Shown here in pieces: positions 53,449 to 63,206 of a stretch of DNA of 63,206 nucleotides. A model generated the notes under the pieces. That model was not told the origin of the DNA, searched no databases, and saw nothing but the letters and a program-made list of their open reading frames with translations. Location of the stretch: the NCBI RefSeq assembly GCF_001194135.2, contig NC_068984.1, positions 61,108,068 to 61,171,273 on the forward strand. Direction: 5' to 3'. The DNA comes from Octopus bimaculoides (taxonomy: Eukaryota). The translations under genes were made by a program, and so were the position numbers. How positions within the stretch are numbered: position 1 is the stretch's first letter; each line of letters begins with the position of its first letter.

Positions 53449-54352
53449 GTTTCATTCTGTGGCATGAGAATATAGAAAGACTTAAAGAATTTCAAGCACT
53501 TATAAATGGACTGACGTAAACGTTCAATTCACGATGGAATATAGCCACCAACAACTTAGCTTCCTCGACATCCTTATTAAGAAATCTAACAACGTAATAG
53601 AAACAGACATATACTATAAACCCACGGACTCAAAGCAATATCTACCGTTCAACTCATGCCACCCCAGACACACCAGAATGAACATCCCCTTCAACCTAGC
53701 AAAAAGGATATGTACTATAATTTCTAATGCAACCACCAGGGACACTCGACTATATGAACTAAAGGATACTCTCACCACCAGGAACTACCCATCTACACTA
53801 ATTGACACATGCTTTAAACGAGCCCTTCAACTCAGCATCCACAAACTCAGACATCCCAAATTAAAGAAGGTCTTACAACCAAAAGCCCTACCATACATTT
53901 CCACATACAACCCTCTTAACAACGAAACCTTCGACCCCATACTTCAAAACATTCCCCTGCAAAAAAAGGACCACAGAATGCACTTAATCCTCCAAACACA
54001 CACCATTATAAAAAGCAAGAGACAGCCCAAATCTATGAACAGTCTCCTAAAACAAGCCCGAATACCGTCATCAAAAACACTGAAGCCGTCAGTAAAAAAA
54101 ATGCGGTAGACGCAACTGCGGAATCTGCATCAATCTAATTGAGGGATCAGAGTACTCCTTCAGACAGTGACAAAATTTCAAAGTGAAGAGCAACTTCACA
54201 TGTACTTCGGAGAACCTGATATACGCATTGACCTGCTCTGGGTATCAAGAGCAGTATATAGGCCAAACGAAAAATAGCCTGCGTCAACGGATGGCTTTGC
54301 ACAAATCTCAAATAAAAATTCCCCAAAACAGCATTCAGCCAACACATCGATA

Positions 54353-55077
54353 GGATCTATTTTAAAACGGGGGCCACAGTATTTTCTTAACGAAACACTT
54401 TGAAACTTGGAACACTGGTAGAATGTGTCATATAAAACATCTTTTTCTCTTAGTCTTCTTTAAAAAAAAAGAAATCCCTAAGTTATTCCATGTTAAAGTT
54501 GTCGTATTTCTGTAATTTCAACCAATCACTGACGTCCATTCAGCCGATATACATTAAGTGCCGACTACATAAACAAACGATTCTGAAACAATTCTATCGG
54601 TGATAAAATTATTATTTCCTTGTCAAAAAATGGCTGAAGCATATTGACAGTATCTAATAAACCTTTCTATTATAGGCTAACCCTAACCCTAACCTTACGG
54701 TTAGGGTTAGGGTTAGGGCTAGGGTAAAACAGCAAATTTAAAAAGAAAAAAGCAAATAAAACGAAGAAAAAAAAAGAAAATGAAAAAAGCAAATTTAAAA
54801 TGAAAAAAGCAAATAAAAAGAAACTATGGATAATAAATACGCTTTACACCGCTTAATCAGCCAAAGGAGTAAATGTAAACAACTGAATACTTGTCAGTGA
54901 TTGGTTGAAATTATCGAAATAAGACAATTTTTTACATGAAATAAATTCGAATACAAAAATATTTTTCTGTTCTATAACACAAAATAGATAAGTATACGAA
55001 GTTTGAAAGTCTTTTGGTACCAAAAACACTACGTAAAACATTAATGAAAACTGTGGATCCCGTTTTAAAATAGATCC
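54353..55077. mobile_element. Non-autonomous foldback/MITE DNA transposon (725 bp) with 8-bp TSD
   Basis: Terminal IR GGATCTATTTTAAAACGGG..CCACAGT at both ends. TSD CATCGATA (54345-54352) / CATCAATA (55078-55085). Subterminal IR at 54483-54533 vs 54893-54944. Confidence 0.9.
54677..54724. repeat. Inverted telomeric-type repeat (CCCTAA)n-TTAC-(TTAGGG)n
   Basis: CTAACCCTAACCCTAACC (54677-54694), loop TTAC, GGTTAGGGTTAGGGTTAG (54699-54716), then GGCTAGGG. Confidence 0.95.
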
Positions 55078-57259
55078 CATCAATATTCCAATAATAAACA
55101 TCCTAGTTTCAGAATCTTTCCTCTCTACCAATTTAGAGACGATACATCCTACAGCCAAGGAATGAGTAAAGAATCTCTCTTCATCACAAAATACAGACCC
55201 CCTTCTGAACGCATCTACAACGAATGACATATTCACCACGACCTTAGATTAAAACACACACACACAAATATTAAAAATGATAAACCCCAAATAAATAGGC
55301 AAGGAATTATAAAAAAAATAAAAGAATATAAAAGAACAACCCCAATCACTACTCACTCGACTAGTTACTATCACTCTATCCTGCATTTTATTATTACTAT
55401 TTCTCTCCTTCTCCCATCCCCCATCTTCTCCGTCATCTTCTTCTTCCTTTCCACCACCTCCTCCCGTACTTTATTACTACTACTGCTGTTTAGAATAACA
55501 CCTACGCAAACATTATAAACAATACAGATCACTACGACCATCAACAGGTCAACGTCAGGACACCCAACCAATTCACACTTCTACTATCATAGCACTCCTT
55601 CTTCGAACCCACAAGAGTTATCAAGTGAAACAGAGACAGGCAGAAACAAGAAAAATGCCGCTGTTACTTGAATACTATACAAATATGTCTTTAAAAAGAC
55701 TTTTCTTTTAAATTTACCAAAATTTAATTTTTCAATAATTTTTCAAAAATCTATCATTCATATTTACTGTTGAAAAGATCTCAAAGATAGAAACCGATTC
55801 TGTAATGTTCTTTATAAAATATATTTTAGCATTTTCTACTTTGTCTTTTTTCTATATATAACCACTCATGTGTTCCTCTTCAACCTTTTACATATATATA
55901 TATATTCACCTATATACATGCCTACAAAATCACAGGCACGAATGCGTACATATATCGTTACAGCATGAACTTTTTCATGATTTTGATGTACTCATATTTC
56001 TAGAAGAACGGACCGAAAGTCATGTTCTGGAAATGTTTGTCTTAGAACGTATGTTATTGGTAATACAAATTTAAAAGCTCAGTGATTGTATCAGCAAAAT
56101 ATGAAAATAAATAACGGGTAACTATTTAAAATATCTCTGGTCAGTTGGTTGAAGAGATCAAGAATTGCTCCTTGCATCATGTATGTGTGAGGGTGTTGGG
56201 GAAATTTGCATGGAAACAGTCTGAAATTAATTCAGAATTAGCTGTAGAAAAGACTATCTCTTTGCACCTTTTTTACATCCTAAATTTCCTACGGTACTTT
56301 GCTTTCTTTCTTCCTTCCTTTCTTTCTTTCTTTCTTTCTTTCTTTTTTTCTTTCTTTCTTATTAAATATAATGATTAGAAATTAATAAGATTTGTTATTT
56401 TTCCCCAAGGTACCCATGCGGAATTAAATGCTTTTTGATGTTGAAGGCAAACAAATCAATTACTTATCATAATAAGCTCCATCACTGAGAGACTTCAACA
56501 GTCTTTAAAAGGTAGAAGTCACATGGACTGTCTGCTTCTATAACAGCGAAAATACGTGTAATAAATCTATCGATATATTTTTCTCTGTCAGTCTACTTCT
56601 TAACTTGCTACTCTCACCGCAGGTTTCCAAATTTATTAGTGCTGTCTTTGATCATCTAATTATTTTCCGTTTCCATCATTAACACTTTTATTTCTCGTTT
56701 CTCAAAACTTGCCAGGGTTCCAGTCGATTATCCTTTCTCTTTGATTGTTGGCCTATTTTTGCGTTTTCACCTTTTCAAAAATTCCTCGGTTATACTTTGC
56801 TATTTTTCTTACTCTTTCCTGTATTCTTCACAATTATTGCTCTCTATTACATTTCTATAAATGTATATCATATCAAATGACAAAACCCTCTTCTGACAAA
56901 AGATACTTTCTGTTCTATAATTTAGACATTTTATATTCGAAAACAATTCTTTTCACTTTTGGGCTGCCATTTTTGCATCCAATATTTAAGCCAATCCAAT
57001 GTTTCTAGTATCAAAAATGGTTCTAGTTTCGTCGTTCAAACTCCAGTGCAAAAACAAAAAAATCTATCCCACTTGTTTTTAATGTAATCCATTTGTTTAC
57101 AGTATTACTATTAGACAAATTGGTATTTATAAAATTTTGTCACTTTGTTATTGAATTTTAGCAAACATAATGTACATGTAACGCCATTGTTACGGTTTCA
57201 AGTAGCACATTAAATATCATATTAAATAATCCTTTCTTCTATATGCACAATACTTGAAA

Positions 57260-57660
57260 CTTTGGGGTAGGGGACTAGTTGATTACATCGACCCAAGTGC
57301 TCAACTGGTACTTAACTTGAACTCAGAACGTAAAGACAGGCGAAATGCTGCCAATCATTTTGCCCGTTGTGCTAAAGATACTGCCAATGCCAAGAATCAC
57401 ACATAATCCAGTTCTCCAAGATCAATATAAATAATCTTATTTTAGCTTACTAGCGCTGTGTAGAGTAGGAAATCAAAGCAAAATTATTATGAATATAAAT
57501 GGTATTTTTACGGTAGTGAGGTGGTAGAATTGTTTCTGAGTTCAGATTCCTCCGAGGTTGACTTAAACTTTATCCTTCTGTGGTCGATAAATCAAGTACC
57601 AGTTAAGCACTGGGTCAATATAATCCATTTAGTCCCTCCCCAACATTTGAAACCAATATA
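57260..57660. mobile_element. Two SINE family A copies in inverted (head-to-head) orientation
   Basis: Minus copy at about 57260-57390 and plus copy at about 57510-57660. Confidence 0.75.
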
Positions 57661-57774
57661 AATGTTATTACAAAAGCACGTCAGTAAGTATACACGGGTT
57701 TGTGCCTTTCTTTTTATCAAGTACTATATAAATATACACACACAGAGACACATAACTTATATATACGTATATAT

Positions 57775-58160
57775 GTATACATGGTAAGAAGATTCTTTTC
57801 AACCACATGATTCCAGGTCCAGTCCCACTGCACGGCACTTTGGACAAGTATTTTCTGCTACAGCCACGGGTCCACCAAAGCCTTGTGAGTGTATTTGGTA
57901 GAGGAAAACTGAAGGAAACTCGTCGTATACATATATATNNNNNNNNNNNNNNNNNNTATATATATATATATATATATATATCTGTGTTTATGTCTTCCTG
58001 TCTGAATTTGGTTTGTCTACCTCGTTGTAACTTAGCGGTTCTGTAAAAAAGAGAGAAGGGCAGAATAAATGGAAGGTTTAAAATAGTACGGGGATCGATT
58101 CTTTCTACTAAAAATTCTTCAAGGCCATTCCTCAGTCGTGGCCTAAAGATTGAAACAAGT
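57775..58160 (+). mobile_element. Composite SINE (head B + (TA)n/gap + degenerate tail C)
   Basis: aaccacatgattccaggtccagtcccactgcacggcactttggacaagt...ggaaactgaagga, followed by gtaacttagcggttctg. Confidence 0.75.
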
Positions 58161-60199
58161 AGAAACACACACACACACACACGCACACACACACTCTCAC
58201 ACACACACACACAGACACACACACACACATACACACCCACACCCACCCAAACACACACCCCCACACACAACACACATATACACATGTATACATACTCAGT
58301 CAGAATAATACAGCTTGACTATCTCACCTCCTTCATTGTATATATTTCAGCTCTGAAAATTAGGCATCTTTTTGTTCGTAAAAATATAATAAACTATTTC
58401 ATTGGGATGACATATAATTATATCTAATGTGGTTTACGATGCTAGCGACAGAAATGATGCAAAGTAGCGATGCAGGAAAAACAAGTTGATCATACTTCAA
58501 TTTTAATCGAATAATGGTGATTAAGGAAGATCGGTTATTCATGGCAAAGAATAGATACTATTGCAGTTGAAAAAAAAAAATGAAAAAAATGAAAAAAGAT
58601 ATTCTTGTGGTTTTAAAAACATTCAGCCATGCGTTCTTGGAAGGAATCTAAAGAACTTTAGTCTACGAAGAGAAATTTCTCCTATTGATTTCATTATTGC
58701 AGAAGAATAACGCCGTTATACAAAACTTCAGAAGTAGACTACCACACACTAGGTTTATACCCGCAATAGAGTTGAAGTCAATATAAACCCGAATATTCTA
58801 TGTCTTTTGAGCAATTTTGTCGTATGTCCAAGGTTCTGTTTCTTTAGAAATAGGTTATATAGCATTTTGGGAAGAAACATCAGCGAATTATTTCAGAACG
58901 CTTGTTGATGTCGGATCCAATTTGTTTAAAACTAATGCCTCCAAGTACGTTTTTAATATCTAAAGGGAATATTTGGTTAAGTTTCACAAATATTGTGTGA
59001 ATTATTTTCTTATTCAAGTCAATCCCACTGAAAAGTTTTTTTTTAGATCATGAAATCACGAGGCGTGACAGTCTTCAATGTTTTCGTTTTTCTTGGTTTT
59101 CCAGCACCGCTTTGTGTTTTCTACATAAATGTTGAGGGTAGCTGAATGTATACTTTCATAAATGGAGATACAAGCTGACACACGCACCTTTCTAAACATG
59201 AATGATTCTAATAGGGCAATGTATGGCTATTGTAAAGGGGATTTTAATCTATGAGGTAATCGGAGACCCATTTGCTCAGCTCTCGTGTTATGTTTCAGCT
59301 CATAATGTATAATTTCATAGTTAACCAAGTCAAACATTTTGACAAAAGCAAAATACACATAACTAACATTCTTTCAGAAAGTTTTTAAGTGGATTCTTAT
59401 GTTGTACGTGTACCTGGTATTATCTTCCGGGAGGAAAAGGGGTTGGATATTGTTAAAAAGGATTTTGATGTCTAAAAAAATCTATTATACTTTTTTATGT
59501 AAATATTCAAAGATTCATTAGAAGTATAAGTGACAGCGATCGTCAATTATTTGTAGGAATCAATATTTTCATTAACATAAACGATATATTCCTTCAGCGT
59601 GTGTGTTTGTGAGGGGTGGGGGGAGTACTACTTTAAGATACCATGTTTTACATTGATTTACTCTCATTGTATCATATATTCGCAAATATACATATGGCAT
59701 GCACGTGGAAAGAATGCTGGCATGACATGCGACATGAATGGAGCTCTAACATCAGTAACGGAAAACGTGAAGTAGAGCTATGAGTTGAAATGCAATTATG
59801 CTGAAAGAACGTACATTTACAAAGGAATGAAAAATTACTACCTAAATACTACCGATAAATTTTAATATAGACATAAATATATATACACGCTACGATGCAT
59901 TTTTGATACAGTTATTTTGCGTTAGTAAACATAATATCATCATAAATACAATGATCTTATTTATGTTTATGTGTCGTCAAAAGTTGAGCCCATCTCATTC
60001 GCATTATTGTCACTCTTTTGATGCAAACCGCGTGAAAGAGGTTTATTCTTTGTTTATATATAATATGCAGTTATTATTATTAAATATTGTTACATATAAA
60101 ATGAGAGTCAAGCGAAGTAAGCTGATATGCTGATATATAATAGTAATGGAATTTTAGTATTACTTATGTTAATGAAATGGGCATTTATAAACAAAAACG

Positions 60200-61180
60200 C
60201 CACACCGCATTTATTTTGTCGTAACTTCCACAGAAATGGATATTTTTCAATGATATTTTCTACAAATATGCTTCACAGAGAGTACATTCCAATTACATCT
60301 GAATTTGTTGTGAAAAAAATGTATTCAGAGAGGTGAGAGAGGAGATTCCGACAATTTACATGGATCGGATTTCTTACCTTATAGAAAAGTAGATATTATT
60401 AAATAAAGATTTCGACAAATATCTTTGAGAGTGCTTATGTTACGATTATATCATAGTTTGATACGGGTACAACATTTGGTGGGATAGCACACATTCGTAC
60501 TCACAGTTATGTTATTTCATTCCAAAAATATATCATCACAACAAATTCCAATATAATCCTAATCTGAAGCATATTTGTAGAAAATTTCATTAAAGATATC
60601 CAAGTTTCTGAAAGTTATAGGGAAAGACATTCGTTAGGGCACATATGTGTAGGTGTGCTTCAGCTATATCTGGTTGATATTTCATACAAACACAAACGTG
60701 CCCCAACTATTTTGTTTCGTAATAACTTCCAGAAAACTTGATAGTTTTAAATGAAGTTTTCTACAAATATGTTTCAGGTTGTGTAGATTTAAATTACGTC
60801 TGAACCACTTGTAAAAATATGTATTCGTTGGGTGGGCAGATTCAGAAACTTTACACGGATCTGTTTTGTTTCCTGATAACTTTCAGAAAAGTAGGTATTT
60901 TAAATGATACTTTCGATAGTTTAGATTACGGCTACATCAGAATTAAATACGCAAATAAAACTTAGAAGAATAGCACACAAGCATACTGAAAATTATTACA
61001 TTTTGTTTTCGAAGAATATGTAATCAAAACAAATGTTAACATATCCAGACACTTCACCATCCAAAGTGTATTTGTAGAAAATTTTATTATAAAATGCCTA
61101 TTTCTCTGAAAGTTATGATAAAAGAATTTCGTTGGGCCACTTATGTATAGGTATTCTTCAGCTAACTCAAGTTGGTTGCT
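60200..61180. repeat. Tandem pair of ~490-bp units, each bounded by ~55-bp inverted repeats (MITE-like)
   Basis: Motif taacttcca.agaaa..gata.ttt..aatga..ttttctacaaatatg is forward at 60221-60276 and 60722-60777 and reverse at 60565-60618 and 61064-61116. Confidence 0.75.
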
Positions 61181-63039
61181 GTATATTGTTACACATCCGT
61201 TAGCAGGAGTCCATAGTAAACATGCAATTTCGGCTGGTTATTCTCGATATTGCTCCAATCCGGCCAGTCCCAAGAAAAAACTAAGCTAAAAGCATTAGAT
61301 TCCTTGGAAGAAAGCAGCGAATGTTTACAAAAACAAGGATGGAAAAAAGCGAACAATGTTACACAAATACAATAAAAATAATTAAACAGGACATAACAAC
61401 AGAGGTCTTTCGACTAAGGACGAATTAAATTAAGCTGACATGTGTGGGAATAAGACTTTACGGCAGGAATACAAGATTTCACAGGCACAGTGAGGAATAA
61501 CGATGTTACACGCACAACGGCCGGCCAAGAAAGAAAGATCACGCTTGGCCGAACGCCGGTCATGTGGGAAGAGAAGAGAGGGAGGTAGAAACAGAGAGAC
61601 AAAAGAATTAGGGAAGGTCGAGAAAAATGACAGGGACACAGTGAAGTGAAAAGGGAAGAGAAAGAAGAAAGGTCAAGGGAATGTGAGCGAGGGTAAACGA
61701 AGGAACGAACAGTGGAATGAACGAATAAGGGTGAAGGGGCTGATAGACAGAAATAGAGCCATACAAGATTTAGAAAAATGTATACTTACATATAAGAGAC
61801 AAGTTGGACGTACGCCGCTATATATNNNNNNNNNNNNNNNNNNNNNNNNNNNNNNNNNNNNNNNNNNNNNNNNNNNNNNNNNNNNNNNNNNNNNNNNNNN
61901 NNNNNNNNNNNNNNNNNNNNNNNNNNNNNNNNNNNNNNNNNNNNNNNNNNNNNNNNNNNNNNNNNNNNNNNNNNNNNNNNNNNNNNNNNNNNNNNNNNNN
62001 NNNNNNNNNNNNNNNNNNNNNNNNNNNNNNNNNNNNNNNNNNNNNNNNNNNNNNNNNNNNNNNNNNNNNNNNNNNNNNNNNNNNNNNNNNNNNNNNNNNN
62101 NNNNNNNNNNNNNNNNNNNNNNNNNNNNNNNNNNNNNNNNNNNNNNNNNNNNNNNNNNNNNNNNNNNNNNNNNNNNNNNNNNNNNNNNNNNNNNNNNNNN
62201 NNNNNNNNNNNNNNNNNNNNNNNNNNNNNNNNNNNNNNNNNNNNNNNNNNNNNNNNNNNNNNNNNNNNNNNNNNNNNNNNNNNNNNNNNNNNNNNNNNNN
62301 NNNNNNNNNNNNNNNNNNNNNNNNNNNNNNNNNNNNNNNNNNNNNNNNNNNNNNNNNNNNNNNNNNNNNNNNNNNNNNNNNNNNNNNNNNNNNNNNNNNN
62401 NNNNNNNNNNNNNNNNNNNNNNNNNNNNNNNNNNNNNNNNNNNNNNNNNNNNNNNNNNNNNNNNNNNNNNNNNNNNNNNNNNNNNNNNNNNNNNNNNNNN
62501 NNNNNNNNNNNNNNNNNNNNNNNNNNNNNNNNNNNNNNNNNNNNNNNNNNNNNNNNNNNNNNNNNNNNNNNNNNNNNNNNNNNNNNNNNNNNNNNNNNNN
62601 NNNNNNNNNNNNNNNNNNNNNNNNNNNNNNNNNNNNNNNNNNNNNNNNNNNNNNNNNNNNNNNNNNNNNNNNNNNNNNNNNNNNNNNNNNNNNNNNNNNN
62701 NNNNNNNNNNNNNNNNNNNNNNNNNNNNNNNNNNNNNNNNNNNNNNNNNNNNNNNNNNNNNNNNNNNNNNNNNNNNNNNNNNNNNNNNNNNCACACACAC
62801 TCAGCCACATACGCACACCAGTTATATGAGAGTATATGGCAAATACTGGTGGTCTGCAAGGGTAAAATTTGATTATTTGTAGGAAACGAAATACCTATTT
62901 ATTTATCTATTTATCTTCACACGCACGCGCGCACACACACACACATACACACACACACACACACACATGCATAAGCGTTTTGTATGTGTGTGTCTGTGTT
63001 TGTTTAAGTACCCACACACATGCATACACGTTCATATAT

Positions 63040-63206
63040 ATCTGTGTGGTAAGTAGCTAGCTTACCAGCCACATGGTCCCGGGTTCAGTCCCACTGCGCG
63101 GCATCTTGGGCAAGTGTCTTCTACTATAGCCTCGGGCCGACCAAAGCCTTGTGAGTGGATTTGGTATACGGAAACTAAAAGAAGCCCGTCGTATATATGT
63201 ATATAT
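63040..63206 (+). mobile_element. Composite SINE head B (runs off the window edge)
   Basis: gtgtggtaagtagctagcttaccagccacatggtcccgggttcagtcccactgcgcggcatcttgggcaagtgtcttctactatagcc. Confidence 0.9.

Larger units (their letters stand above)
53448..55230 (+). mobile_element. Penelope-like element (RT end, thumb, Cys linker, GIY-YIG) interrupted by a MITE
   Basis: FILWHENIERL..QFTMEYSHQQLSFLDILI..ETDIYYKPTDSKQYLPFNSCHP; CGRRNCGIC; NLIYALTC..QYIGQT. After the insertion it resumes NNKHPSFRIFPLY..KESLFITKYRPLLN. Confidence 0.93.

Noticed and set aside
25585-53450. Two Penelope fragments whose 5'-truncated ends abut (ATCT/TAGA)n tracts (at 25589 and 53400-53447)
   Set aside because: The polarity relative to the element is opposite in the two cases and such tracts are ubiquitous here, so there is no evidence of targeting.
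56400-56720. Possible RTE C-terminal relic on the minus strand (IWKPA..YID)
   Set aside because: Too short and decayed to support.
58600-59160. Possible Tc1 N-terminal relic on the minus strand (GKPRKT)
   Set aside because: A single short motif with no DDE or ITR found.
61190-61800. Sequence resembling a dispersed repeat or LINE 3' UTR
   Set aside because: There is no second copy or ORF in the window, and classification would rest on memory alone.

Overview
AT-rich, gap-riddled animal genomic DNA that is intergenic or intronic. I find no convincing host protein-coding exon, rRNA or CRISPR. Most ORFs in the supplied track are translations of microsatellites or N-gaps. The microsatellite density and repeat families look like coleoid cephalopod (Octopus-type) DNA, which is my recognition only and is unverified. 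The window is mainly decayed mobile elements: at least five Penelope-like (RT/GIY-YIG) fragments, six restriction-like-endonuclease (R4/Dong-type) non-LTR fragments abutting simple repeats, CR1-like, L1/Tx1-like and RTE LINE pieces, a full-length mariner, a Tc1, and many copies of several tRNA-derived SINE families. Four observations stand out. (1) A nearly canonical type I hammerhead ribozyme on the minus strand at 21233-21318, plus several decayed hammerhead-like relics. (2) A 725-bp foldback/MITE with an 8-bp target duplication inserted into a Penelope GIY-YIG domain, carrying at its centre a perfect 18-bp telomeric-repeat hairpin that is also G-quadruplex-capable. (3) A SINE 3' tail that matches the 3' end of the CR1-like LINE in this window, with a compensatory-change hairpin. 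(4) A head-to-tail array of R4/Dong-like elements spaced by (TAA)n and (GAA)n. Translations outside the supplied track were done by hand and boundaries are approximate to within some tens of bp unless stated.
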